From Trichosphaerium sp. ATCC 40318 (Eukaryota > Protista > Tubulinea), in the NCBI GenBank assembly GCA_038496445.1, contig JALMLS010000589.1, forward strand, positions 178,938 to 242,937: a DNA stretch of 64,000 nucleotides. The letters run 5' to 3'. Below are positions 1-12,793 of the stretch, one piece after another (position 1 is the first letter of the stretch; every line of letters starts with the position of its first letter). The notes under the pieces are model-generated. The model was not told the DNA's origin. It was given only the letters and a program-made list of their open reading frames with translations, and did not search any database. Both the position numbers and the translations under genes were made by a program.

Positions 1-1554
1 TCGGTTGTTAATATTTTTGTACCAATGACGTAGATCCATAGCTGAATGTAATTATATTAAAAGCTTGAGCTATTTTTTTGAGGTTGACGTCCTTATGCGT
101 AATATTATTGTCAGCGACAATAATATGGTAATTGTCAGAACCATAAAGAATGAAAGATTCAGCGATAGCAATGATCACAACCACTTAATAACATTAAAAA
201 CACTGTAAAAGCCATTGAATAAACTGTACCTAACGTTGCTGCAACCGCCAGATAACTGCAAAGTGCGTAAGCAACAAAAATTTTCATACACTGTCAAAAA
301 AAAACCCTTTAACGTACGCTGTCCACGATACTTCACCGTACGACTTTAAAAGAACCAACAAAGGTATCAAAGCTATTCCAAATACAAGTGTCCAGAACGC
401 GTGAGGTACTGTAGGTACAATACCATTCATTAAAAGGCCTATAAGCGTGTTAACGAGCGGATACAATTTGTTATTTCAAAAACAAACTCACCCAACAAAA
501 TCAAGAAAATTATCGTAATCCCTGCCATCGTAACATAAACCAACAGCTCTGTTATTAACCTGCCCCAAAAACCAAAAGCTTCTTGACCAATTTCAGAGTA
601 ACAGAGAAGTAGTCAAGGAGAAGAGAGACAAGCAAATCTTTGAGTTTTGAAGCAAACCAAAACCCAAAAAAACCAAAAAAAGAAAAACTCTTTATCACGT
701 GGTTTGACAAAAAAACAAAAAAGGTATTTTCTCGATTATTTAGGATACTTATGTACTTTGATCGTCATAGCGGACATCGCGTATCCCAACTGTCTTGCCG
801 CGTAATTAGCAGCGAAAACACAAACAAAAAGTAAACCGATTCCAATCCAACCAGATTCATTAATACCAGAAGGTAGAGATAGCTTTGAAACAAAGTGTCA
901 ACCACAAAGTTTTTTCTCAAAATCTCAAAATGTTGCGAGATATAAAACGTACGACGCCTCCACCCGCCATACCGCCCACTATTAGAGCCGCTGTGCCAAT
1001 CCTAAGCGGCAATTAAAACAAAAATGACGATTCGGGCAAAAAACGATTTACGTTAAAAATCAGCTGTAGACCCTTAATTATAAGGACCATAGCGCTGTAA
1101 GCTAAAATTAAGCGTTTTTGCTTTGAATACGTCATCAGCACGCGGTTTTTAGCTATAAACGCTCTGAAACGTTATGTTGATGCTCTCCTACGCTTTACAT
1201 ATACGTACCAACCATTCTTTTTATTCTCTATAACTTCTACGTCTTTTCGCATTAGAGCAACGCCAGTACCATCGTTAATACTCATATCAACAAAGTTAGA
1301 GGTATATTTTACGATTTATAACCTTAACGTCTGGGCTCTTGAGTTGGAAATAACAAAAAATTGATTCGCAAAGTAGGTAGAAACTTCTTCAAATCCTGTT
1401 TTAGTAGTCCACGGGTTTTTACTATGGTGGTGTCGTTGGTACTAGCATATTCAGTGGCGATACAGTCATTTGTGACACAATAAATTAACGAATTCGTCTG
1501 TTTTGCCTTTCTATTTAAGGAATATTCGTCTTGGCTGGAGGCCCTCCGTTCCAT
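1..1554 (-). CDS. Amino-acid permease, AAAP/Aa_trans family (AVT1-like), multi-exon, 3' end outside window
   Basis: Manually spliced exons give LSLPSGINESGWIGI, YSEIGQEAFGFWGRLITELLVY...FLILLG, AFWTLVFGIALIPLLVLLKSYGEVSW and AFNIITFSYG, matching Aa_trans TM motifs. The start codon (ATG at 1554) is uncertain. Confidence 0.75.
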
Positions 1555-1880
1555 GTACAAATTGATCTGTATGTAGATTGGATTAACATAAGTGGTTGCC
1601 AAGAAAACATAAAGGGAGCTGTGTTTCTATATCCACCATTTTTCTCATAATACCATAACTTAAGAGCGTAGAAAAGCTTTAGTGGCAATTTTCAACCGGT
1701 TGAAGTTAATTATGGTTGCTATGGATGGCAATTTTTCTAAAGTGCAAAGTCGAATTTTTTTTCGACACCTTGCATCGACTACATCTACTACAGTCGACAA
1801 TCAACTATTTGCCTACCCAAGTGGAACTTGAATGTAGTTGACAAACTACTTTTGCTACAGTTTGCCCTTGTCCAAAGGGA

Positions 1881-2560
1881 ATGAATAACAACATGTCAAC
1901 ATGCAGTCACGTGTTTCAGTTGCCAGTCGAGATACAACTAGAAAATATTGACTTGGATGAAGTGTATGTAAAATGGCCACTGCTATCAAAATATAATACC
2001 TGCATGACAACGAGGTTTGAGTCTGACATGAACAAACACGGGAAATGGAAAAAATATCAAGAATCGTCAACATTGAGAATACAAAGAATGGAATGGGACG
2101 GCCAATTGGAGAAGAAGTGTAGTTACATCAATGGTAAATGGTAAACGCAGAGATTATTACAACAACAATGGAACGGGTTACCAATTGCATTGTACTTACA
2201 AAGATAGTAAACTTCATGATATTGGCAATCTACATGGGGAGTACTTATAATGGCTGCGAAATGGTGTATTGTCTAAAAAGTGTAGCTATAATAATGGCAA
2301 TCTACACATGGGGAGTATTTAGAATGGAGTTCATACGATTGGTCATGTGGCAGATTATCAAAGTGTTATTACGTAGATGGTAAATAAACTTGAAGGAGAA
2401 TATGCAAAGATATGAACAGGATTGGGATGAGCAGGATGAAGAATATTAGTATACATATCATGATGATGGCTCTATTCGAACAATGCAAATACACTCACGG
2501 TAAGAAGAAGTATAAAGTTATTTGTACTGGTTTCCACCAAGTTTATTTGGTACTTCTCTT
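1881..2560 (+). pseudogene. F-box-like + MORN-variant repeat gene, frameshifted
   Basis: N-terminus VFQLPVEIQLE..VYVKWPLLS..TTRFESDMNKHGKW aligns with the ORFs at 44242 and 62042. MORN-like units (GQLEKKCSYING, HCTYKD) continue across several frameshifts. Confidence 0.75.
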
Positions 2561-2967
2561 TCCACGTGATTGGATTCAGATTATAAAGTTGATGACTTTT
2601 CTTCAGTTATTATCTCAGTTACTGTCTGTTTTTGAAGTACCTTACTGTTGTTTTGTGTGAAGATTAGTTTAACGGATCGTAAGTATCATTGATGCTCAGC
2701 CAGATATCCATAAGTTTCCACAAACCAAGAGCTAAAAACCACCTTAAGTGAGAAGTTGGTTGTCACTTTCAATTAAGACATGTACCCCACCATTGACATT
2801 GATACTAAACTCATAGCGGGATCTGTTATCCCCGCATACATCAAAGAATATAAGATACGAGAGAGAAAAAACAACTACTTTCTCTGGCAACACAATCAAT
2901 GATCAATTTAGGACAGAAACATGTTGACGATATTCTGTTGTCATACTACCAAAGTAATCTTGTATTA

Positions 2968-4034
2968 ATGTCCGTGGCACAGGTTACCACACTTCAAAGA
3001 TTGCCATCAGAGATACTCACGCTCATTCTCCGGTTTCTTGGCAAAAAGCAGCGCATTCTGGCTTGTTTAGTGTCACAGCGAATTAGAGCTGTTATTCGCA
3101 ATAATTGGCTTTCAAAGTAAAAACTGAAATCTGCATCCGATTTCAGCGTTCTCAAAGGTAATCCATTGCTATCAAACACCGAAATCGTCTGTAGAGGTTT
3201 ACGAATGTCAGAAAACGACATAGCTAGCCTTTGTGGTGTTCGTACAATAGATGTACGAAGTACAACGATTACTGATGAACATATTCTCAAATTAGTTGAT
3301 GGAGGCAAACACACCATTCATAACATTAATCTAAGTCATACTCGTATAACAGATGTATCACTTACAGCACTAAAAGGTGTTCATACTATTGATCTGGAAG
3401 CATGCAAAGGACAGACGAGGGTATCAAAGCACTCAAAGGCGTTCATACTATTTCCCTTGGTCTCACAAACGTTACAGATGCAAGCTTAAAAGTACTAAAT
3501 GAAGTACATTCTATTTCTCTTTATCATTGCAAATACCCAACAGATGAAGGTTTAAAAGCACTAAGAGGTGTTCATACTGTAGATATTCATGGTTGCTCTA
3601 ATATTACAGATGAAGGCCTTAAATCGCTTGTGAAAGCGCACATAATTACAATTGGTCAATGTCCACGTGTTACCATTGAAGGAATGAAGATATTAAAAGA
3701 TATTCATAAAATAGTTCTCAGTTTGTCAACAGATGAAAAAATCAAGCAATTATCTAATGTACACACTATTTGTACTTCTGGGATGGGTGTTACAGATGAT
3801 GGCATTAACTCATTGATAAATCTAAAGCACTTAAGGTTAGTTTATTGCGCTGTTACAAACTCAGGTCTTAAACCTTTGGTCAATCTTGAACACTTAGAGT
3901 GCTATGGGTGTCCCAAGATTACTAATGATTGTTTACAATACTTGACATCCGTCAACAGCATCAGTATTGGTGGTAAACGCTCCATTACACAAGAAGCTGT
4001 TGAGGCCATGTGTATTCAATATTTTGAGCTGTAG
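2968..4034 (+). pseudogene. F-box + LRR gene interrupted by an in-frame TAA (3118-3120) and a frameshift (~3410)
   Basis: LQRLPSEILTLILRFL F-box. The ORF at 3166 is in the same frame past the TAA. LRRs of type LKGVHTIxLxxxxxTDEGxKAL. Intronless. Confidence 0.8.
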
Positions 4035-4067
4035 AACACGTGATAAATTGACAATAAAGTCCTATCT

Positions 4068-4307
4068 TTGTTTTTAGTGGCCGGTTTTTTTAGCATGTTG
4101 CTAGTCAACTTCAAAGGTGCAGAATGTTTGATGACAATTCAATTTGTCCAAGTGATTGTTGGAGTTCATACTATTGACCTCAATTACACCAAAGTAATAG
4201 ATGAAGGTGTCAAAGCACTTGCTGGGGTTCATACTATTGAGCTAAGGAATACTGAAGTAACTAATGAAGGCGTAACAGCACTAAAGGATGTATTGGGCTT
4301 TCCTTAA
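4068..4307 (+). pseudogene. Collapsed relic of an F-box-LRR gene (two 21-aa LRR modules, no intact F-box)
   Basis: GVHTIDLNYTKVIDEGVKAL AGVHTIELRNTEVTNEGVTAL, preceded by a degraded TTTGATGACAAT linker like the one at ~50212. Confidence 0.7.
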
Positions 4308-4522
4308 ATAGTAACACGATTGTACAAGATACTCAAAGTGCAATAAAATTTACATCAGTCAACTACAGGTTTTTTAGTACATTAACAGCCTGTTTATTCT
4401 TGTTTTTATTATTGCATAGTGCCAACAATAGTACAGATATATTATAGTAATGTATGAGTTTGTATGAGAGATAAACATAGCTGAGAGTGAGGAAATGGTG
4501 AACGAGGTTTTTTTTTTTGACA

Positions 4523-6745
4523 TTATTTGAAAGGTATATAAAACGGAATAGTACTATTCACAGTTTGTGGATCACAGGTACGTTTCCTGTAAGATGCAAA
4601 TGCTCTATTCAATGTAGTAAGCAGTTTAATAACGAATTGATACGTTGTTGTCGTTGGAGCAAAAGCGAGCTCAGGTGCAGTTGTATTGTAAGGCGGTAAT
4701 GCAAAATATGAAGCATCCTAAAATAAGAAAAAAATAAGATAAACAAAAAACACTTTGTGTTTCAAAGAAAAACGTGCATAGCGTTCAACCAAAGGTAAAT
4801 TTTTTAAAAAATATTATATAGCTAATCGGTATATAAATACTTTTACAAAAAATTGTAACAGAACTGAGCAGCATACACCCCAAGGGAGTAGGGTTTTTTG
4901 GAAAAAAAAAAACAGACGTACAGTACATGATAACATATCTAGCCTGTACCCATGTTTATTCCAAGACCAATTCTGAATGTTATACTTCTGACAATAATGA
5001 AGAGCTTGGTAAGTTTCTAAGAACCTAGTTTTAGGATCATTCGGATGTGACAAGTCAAGGTAGTATCGAATTTCATGAGGAAGATCAAGCTCAATAGCTG
5101 CAACTTGATACGCATTCATATCACACGTATATCCTCCTCTATCTATTTCGGAATAAAATAAGTAAGATAATATCCCATAAGGTAATTAGAAACACGTGTA
5201 GTGCATTTCCAAGAAAGAAATCTCAAAACTTGAAAACAGCACATTTTTTTTTCAAATACGAGAAAAAAGTGAATGTTGTTGAGGTGATGGTTTAACACTA
5301 TAAAAAAAAAGTGCGTACTGAATCCAGGTGTCAAATCTTTTCTGTAAGCTATAGTTGTTTCCATCCACACTCGAGATAACTCAGCCATATCATCCTAAAC
5401 GAACACATAAAATTAAAAAGAGACAATCAAGTATAGGGCGCGTTCATACAAACAAAAAAAAGAAAAAGACTTAAAACCCAAAGACATACCCTGTGTGCGA
5501 TGTACATATGTCCTAATTCATACGGCTTCCAATTAAACGTATTATTTTTACCCTTCTCATTACATGAAGGACAGTGCTTTGCCCAGTGTGGATGACCTCT
5601 CCTAAGAAAAAAAAATACGTCAACAAACAATTCGAGTTGATTCCTACTTACCAACCATGTGTTGGGAAACCATAACCTCCTATAGGTTTACCCTTTTCAA
5701 CACCTCGGATATCATAAGGAGACATCATCAAAAAATCAGGGTCAGTGACAATCACAATGTCTTCTGGGAAGTCAACTTCCGTCACCTTAAAAAAAAAACA
5801 ACGATTAATCTTAACCACCATAAACAAACGAGATCATAGAATGCTAGAGCGATTAAACAAACTGTGATACGTACAAACTGGTATACTGAACTAGGTTTAT
5901 TCAAAGGTTTGAATCTATCTTTTGGATCATTATAAAAGCGTTCGTAAGACGGCAATTGAATGAAGTTAACCTACAAAAAAGGAAAACAACTAAGTAAATG
6001 CTTTGCTCAGTATTTTTTGGTATTCAACTAACAATGCACTCGGAATGGTTGTTAAAGGGTTGTGTGATATAAGTAACCAAATACGAGGTTGGTTGTAAAA
6101 TGACAGTACGTACTTCCGGATAAGCTTTGATCATTTCTTTGATTCTTGGTGATAACACACCATCACAACTCATCAATCTGCTCAAATTAAATGGTTTACC
6201 ATTATCCAACCTAATGCAATAATGTTAATAACGATCTATGATTGTATACAATCATTTTAGAAATGACTTTGCGTACCAAGATTGTATAACACCCATAGTC
6301 TGCCTTAAGAACAAATGTCAAACAACAATCAAAAAAAAATACAAAAAAGTTAATTAAACTATATATCGAACAAATACAGCAAAAATAGAGTACCAAAGCT
6401 TGTGATCGATAAAACTGGAAAAGAATTATCTCATAATAAACAAATTTCTTCAAATCAGATAGCGTAGCTGGAGCAATTTCTTCCAAAAAAAAAAAAAAAA
6501 TACAAAAACAGTACCAGTTATGATAATCACTACAATCAGTTGAGAAAATATAGTGAGCAGGATAGAATGTTTTCTGAGTACTAAGAGGTTCTATAATAGA
6601 CTCTTCTGAAACTTTACTAATATTTTGAGAATGTCTTGTAAGCATAAAAACGCCGATATTAATTATTGAGACAACTACAACGAATAGTACACCAATAGTT
6701 TTTACGTCTAGACAGCAACAAAACGCTTTTTTTGTTTGGTTCTGA
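4523..6745 (-). CDS. Peptidyl-serine alpha-galactosyltransferase / Hyp O-arabinosyltransferase-like glycosyltransferase (SERGT1/HPAT-like), copy 1; 5' end unresolved
   Basis: Spliced exons: N-terminal TM, FSTDCSDYHNWQ, SRLMSC, NKPSSVYQF, VTDPDFLMM, CDMNAYQVAAIEL, LHYCQKY..W.WNKH. Stop TAA at 4523-4525. Confidence 0.8.
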
Positions 6746-7479
6746 AATCAATGTAAGTACGTTGTAAGTTGATAATAGAGGTTTGAAGTCAGGTTTTCTG
6801 CGTTTAGAAGGAAATTGCAACGTTTAAAGACTTGTTGCAACTCGCGGAGTTTTTTTTTTGTAAAACGCGCTACTGAGTGCGTGGATATTACAATAGGCGT
6901 AGGGTAAGTTAATAATGGCCTACCGATAGCTTTTGATAAAATTTGACTCGTATAAACGTTTATAGTGCACACATACCGCACAAAACGATTGGTTTTCGAC
7001 ATAGTACGCTTGTTGCAAAATATACGTACATTACCAGTCAACAAACCCCTCACGGTGCTGTTGTTCTCCATGTTGAATAAATGCAAAGCGCCTACGTTGC
7101 TTGCAAACAAGTAAAATAGCTACTCGCAGAGATAGTCAAATTCGGTCACGTAATCATATTCGGAATAATTATTGCCATTCGTTCAAGATATTTTCCAAAC
7201 ACAAAGTTTCCTTGTACTCCGCTGCTCTCTAAGTGCGTACATCATTATGTGCAGAGGTTTTGTAGCTCCTGAGGGTAAACTTATCTCTGTACGTACGTCT
7301 TACTGGCCCCACTGGGAAAAAGTGCATGTGTATGGTCGCAATGGCTCCAAACCATTGTCAGTAAGCTAATCTACAAGTAAAAAAAAGTTGTGCAGTTAAG
7401 GCACGTGTAAACAATGCAAAAATAACGAGCTTGGCACCTTTTTTATTTTTTTCGGCTGAAACCGAATAATGTATTACAT

Positions 7480-9184
7480 AACCTCAGCTTCAAGAGCTTC
7501 CCAGTTATCCCCTTCCTTTTTGCTTAGTAATACTTCAATCTTTGTAGATAGAACGGCGAATTTCGATTTTTCAGGTACTACTTCAAGATACAGGTCGAAT
7601 TTCCTGTTCCACACGCGTCCATCTTGAAATGCGACTGCTACCTCAAGCTAACGGCGAAGTTAGTTTCACAAAGATGCTCGAGAGTAAAAAACTATTCGTA
7701 CACAACGCTCAGTGATGTTTATGACTGTTTTCTCCTTGTCAACCTTCTTTGCGTAGATATTCAATGTTACTCGGATGTTAGACTGATAAAAATCATAGCG
7801 ACATTGTACGCTTGATTGTTTTTTGAGTTCGCGCTTTTAAACTGTCAGCAAACAAATTGACAAGGTGTATTCAATGAAATAAACACTTTTTCTTTCTGAG
7901 CAAAAAACTTCTAAATGGAAACGTACAGTTGTTTTTACGAATCTGCATTTGCCTTCTGTACAACCTGGAAGTGCTAGGCATGTTGTAAAATCAGCGCTAC
8001 GCTTTTTACAGCACGTCCAACCTTAGGAAAATGTCAAACAAAGTTTACAAAAAACTGCTTAGAACAAACGTACTTTTAAGACCTTCATGAAACAATGGCA
8101 CACCCCAGTGATAGATACACGGTTTTTCATACGAAGAAGCGTCCTCATAAACAATATTGCATCCATTCCTCAAGCAAGGAGTTCCTACTGGTATTACAGC
8201 AGCCTCAGGATCTTCTAACTAGTATTCAATGTTATTTGTAGATTAAAAAAACATGGATTTAAGGCATTCATACTTCACGTTCATCTTCGATTTGTACTTG
8301 TTTTATTTTTGGTTTAGCCTTTGCTACGACTTTCCTGATGGTTGCTGAAACTGGAGAAGCAGAGCTCATATTTTTCTAAAAAGTGTAATAAGAACAAAAG
8401 CCAAAGAATCTAAAAAGCTTCTCCTTCGCCTAGCTACACTACGTACACCATCCCAGATACTTTTGTTTTTAATTCCTGATACTTGTTGAATCCAAGTATG
8501 CTTACCCCTAACGCATCCGGGGATCTTCTCAAAGTCGTCAAATGAGTATGTCTTCCTTCCACAACATTGCCAAGTCTAAAAATCAAACAGTTACATTTTT
8601 TTGGTGTTTTAGATTATCAACGAACCTGACGACCTTCGTGAAACGTCGCTGGTCCCTTATGGTATAAACAAGACCCCTCGGTATTTTCTACAATAGTTTA
8701 CGTCAAAAAAAAGCCGAGAAACCTGTCACATTACCATCTTCTCTAAAAGACTCAAAGCAACCAAGCCTGCTACAACGGAATAGTATTTTCTACACTATTT
8801 TAGATTTTGCGTGTATTTGAAAGAAATTAACTGCTTTTTTTATGTACCACGTAAATATCCTCTTTATCCGATACGGTGGCGCTCACTTTAGCGGTTGGGT
8901 CGTGTGTTTTTCCGCTAGAACAGTGTTACGAAAAAAAACAATAAAAGAAGTAATAACACCTACCTTTCGTTTTCAAACGATACCCCTCGTTTCTCCGCAG
9001 GTACAGTTGTTTTACTCCTGTATTTCTGAACGAAAATCTACTAGACACTTACTCCTGCACGTAAAATATACTGTTAACACACCTCAGCCATTTCATCAAA
9101 GGTTTCATTTGTAATATCGAGTTTTAGTGTATAATCACTAACGCCAGCTTCATAATGAAGGTACACTTTCTTTGAGGTAGCCAT
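7480..9184 (-). CDS. CHORDC1: CHORD-CHORD-CS Hsp90 co-chaperone (CHORDC1/melusin/RAR1-like), multi-exon; last exon unresolved
   Basis: CSRLGC..CLYHKGPATFHEG..WQCCGRKTYSFDDFEKIPGC and CLRNGC..CIYHWGVPLFHEGLK.WTCCKKRSADFTTCLALPGCTEGK. CS domain CRYDFYQS..IYAKK..VVPEKS..STKIEVLLSK..NWEALE. Confidence 0.88.
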
Positions 9185-9461
9185 ATTGGTTATTCCGCTC
9201 CTTCAGCAACTACAGCCACAAATATTCAACAAAGCAAGAAATAATAGAAAGTATCAGAATTTCTTTGACGCAAACAAAAAAGGTTCAAGGAAATACTTGT
9301 GACATCATATCACGCTCAAAAAACACTGTTTACAAACGCATACGTAATAAACACCTTGAAAGGGTACCATTTAGATAAAGTTACGTTTATGGCAAAGTAT
9401 TCATGCCATTACAAGCTTGTGCAATATTAATTACACCGTTCTAATATTGGGGCAGCGGTTC

Positions 9462-10389
9462 TCATTGATTAGGGTAGTAGTTATCATTGTCTTCTTCAGG
9501 ATTCTCTAAAAAAAAAACCGAAATGTCAAAATAACAAATTTACAATTCAATCACTGTACCTTTAAGACGCATACAAAGTAAGAAAGAAGCAGTGCAACCA
9601 CATGTCTAGTAACGCGTAAATTAGAATAAAATGTAATTAAAAAAAAATACAAGGACGTACAGCTACAAAGAGAAGAATAATAGCAGTAACCCAAATGAGG
9701 GTATCACCGTCGTTTTTAATAACAGACGAATCACATGCTTGTTCTAAAAAGCCTGGAAATGAGCTATCTGTGTCTCTATCATCTTGACATTCGCTACAAG
9801 TCAGTAAGATGAGATGTAAATCAAAAACTCTTGGGCGTATACTACATCGTTTCTAAAGACACGTACACAAACGAGGCATAAGTTAGGGCCGTCTGAAGGA
9901 ATGTGACAACGAACATACTAGCGCATGCTGCTGCAAACTTAGAAAGTAGTCAAGGAGTGTTTCTACGCGTTTGTGGTAAAGAAAAATGCAAAAGGGGCAG
10001 GATACATAACACAAGAGCTGGACATGTTTTAAGATGGCTCCAACGATACCAATAATAGCAAGAATGATGAGCACCGCTGCTGAGGCTACAAGCAAAACTG
10101 TTTCTAAAGCAGTTGACTCTTGCTTGTCAGTGGCAATTTTGTTGAGTGTAATCCAGTATGGGATAGTGAGCGCCTTTTGTTGGTTAATAACGCACTTTTA
10201 CGGTATTTTTGGTGATTATTAAAAGTCGGCTTCGACGCTGATAACCCGCGCAAGTTTACGCCGGCTGAACTACAAATTGGAAAGAGAACACTACAAACGT
10301 ACAATTAAGAAGGCTGCGACTAGAAAAACTACAATCATGAGTATGAGGTTAAATAACCCCTTTCCGGATCCTGCACCCTTGGCTGGCAT
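9462..10389 (-). CDS. Four-TM tetraspanin-like membrane protein, multi-exon
   Basis: Four hydrophobic segments (LILMIVVFLVAAFLI; LLVASAAVLIILAIIGIVGAI; FAAACASMFVVTFLQ; LIWVTAIILLFVA) with a Cys-containing loop between TM3 and TM4. The canonical CCG motif was not seen. Confidence 0.55.
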
Positions 10390-11195
10390 ACTTGTCTCTG
10401 TAGTTTTTTTTACTAAAAATACTGGTGAAGTCAGACTCAAGTCAAGAGCAGATTGACTTTTGCTCAAAAAGTGACTTTGATAGACTCGTCTAGCCTGTAC
10501 TTTAGCTATTTTTTTGCTCCTGTGGTGCCCTTTTGTTTCTTCAGCGTGTTACTGATAACCAACAGTGTGTAGCAGCGGTTTATACGCGTGTGACGTGTCG
10601 AGAGATTATTGCGGTCTAGTAAAAAATTTTTGATTCATATGGTAGTCTTACAAGCGTAAATAAATCACTGGCGTTGTACAAGCAGTGGTTGGGATTTTAA
10701 AAAAACGATGCGAGCCCAAGGTCTATGCCAAAAACGCTTATGCAATAGTCATTGTACAATGAACTCGTCTAGGGCGCTTTAGAACAGTGTCGTAGTTGTA
10801 CAAAAAATAAAAAAGAGCGTTTTAACTTTAAAGTTGTCGTGACGCTTGTATTATCGAGTATATGCTGCGTTGATGCTATGACTCACCTTTCGATTTATGA
10901 GTTTTGTTTCACTTCCTTGTTGTTTGCCACGACCGAAACCATGTAGTGATAGTATACTATGAGCAAGAAAATCATGCCGCCCATAAAATTAGCGAAAGCA
11001 GCAAGCTGTACATCCGATATTTCAAAACGTGGTCCCATAACACTCCTTCGTCTAAAAACACTGTTAAAAATTTAATAAGGTAGCATTCAGGTACCTTTGT
11101 TAGCTTGTTGTAGAGCTGAAAAGATTTTTTTGACTTTTTCGGACCGATTCGCTTGTCACCAAAAAATTTATAACGCTTCCCAGAAAACTAATGTG

Positions 11196-12553
11196 ATGTC
11201 CCGCCCTTCCAGGTCTAGAAAACGCGCTAGTTACATTGAAGATGAAAGTGACTTTTATGAGGATGATTACAATGAAGGTAACGTACCTGCTTGCTTGTCG
11301 TACGTTGAGCGTTTTTAGACGATGAAGGTGGCGAATATCAATTAGACGACGACTTTGGCGCTGATGAAGATGATTACATTATTAAAGAAGACGAGAGCGA
11401 TTCTGCAGAAGACAATGACGAGGACGACGCGGCATTCAGTGATGAAGACGGTTATGAGCCTTTTGTTGATTCACCTGCGAAAAAACCCGCCAGACGCAAA
11501 GCTAAGGCAGCACCAAAGGCCATCGAACCAACATTATCTGATTTAGAAAAGGTGCTAATTCAAATTGACAATAATTTTGTTCAACAACTGCTCAACCAGC
11601 GTCGTGAGTGGTTATAAGTACTCATGGACATGATTTTAACGCCTGTAAATAGCATGCCGATGTTATACAAGTTGTACCAACAGTGACGCCTGAAAGTGTC
11701 AGCAGGTCCGAGAGTACGTTTAAATTAGCACTCATTTTGCTGTTTTATGAGACTACAATCTTTTTCTACAAGTTTTCAATCACCGTGACGTTCCCTCTAG
11801 TTTTTGCTTTGTATTCGTGCTTACATGTTATTTTTAGCTGCTCCCATGGATGATGATGTTGACATGGAAGATTTCAAACCAGTGAAAAAAAGCCGGTCTA
11901 CTAGAGCGAAAGCAAAAGCGGCAAGCAAACCAAAGGTGAGTAGATAATACATGACATTTGTTTTGAAGAAAGAGAAATTTTCTAATTTTCTTACTTAGGC
12001 TGCACCGAAAGCTGCAGTAAAGCCGAAAACGAAGGCTGCGACAAAACCTAAAGCTGCAGCAAAGCCAAAAGCGACAACAGTGAAGAAGACAGCCACACCA
12101 AAAGAAGTAAAGCCAAAGGCAGCAGCTGCGCCTAAGGCTACAAAACCGAAACCGAAACCAAAGCCAAAGCCAAAGCCAGCGGTGGCTAAAAAAGTAGTTA
12201 AAGCAGCAAAACCTAAACCTAAAGTTGCTGTTAAAAGAAAGGCACCTACAGCGCCTACATCACCAAAGAAGAAGTTCAAAAAGACTAATGCACCATTGAA
12301 ACTTTCTTCACCACCGAGACGCGTTGGACTAAAGAAATCAGGTACAAATGGCATCTTAGAAGACGCAAGAAGAAAAAAATTTGGTTGTTCATTTTTTTGT
12401 TTGCCTCTGAACTTCGTTTTGTGTCTTTTTATTTTGACTGTTTCTTTTTCAGGAGGAAAGTCCAAGTTGGGTGGTATCAAGTTTTCTGGACCTAAACGTA
12501 TACGCATGGGTCTCTCCAGAAAAGCACGTGTCAAAAGATTACATCCTACATAG
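11196..12553 (+). CDS. RAD51AP1/NUCKS1-like protein (acidic N-terminal half, K/A/P-rich middle, C-terminal RAD51-interacting motif), multi-exon
   Basis: Starts MSRPSRSRKRASY (cf. NUCKS1 MSRPVRNRKVVDY) and ends IRMGLSRKARVKRLHPT* (cf. RAD51AP1 LRLGLSRLARVKPLHP). Confidence 0.75.
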
Positions 12554-12793
12554 ACTCTTTTGAAGTACTCCTTCTCCTTGTAAGATAACAATACACAACT
12601 TCCTTGTACTCGTGTATGCAACTATATTTTTATCAATGTCTTTTTTAAAAGGCTGTCTGTTCAAAGCGAATTCGTCCAAACCAAACTGTTTACTTCAATC
12701 TCTTTCTAAAACCATAACGTAATTGTACACGAGATACGTTTCACTGAATAAGTCAAAAAATTTCATGAGTTAACAGTTTGACTAGTAATAGCC

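Noticed and set aside
3118-3120. In-frame TAA (and TAA/TGA at 55006/55294) suggesting stop-codon reassignment
   Set aside because: TAA, TAG and TGA all terminate intact genes here, long ORFs have no internal stops, and the gene at 2968-4034 also has a frameshift.
4068-4307. Dedicated VLR-style donor cassette
   Set aside because: Remnants of the pre-LRR linker are present, so it is better explained as a collapsed whole-gene pseudogene.
12080-12553. Histone H1 (KAP-rich ORF) and its antisense 208-aa ORF
   Set aside because: There is no winged-helix globular domain. The segment is an exon of the RAD51AP1-like gene, and the antisense ORF is a low-complexity shadow.
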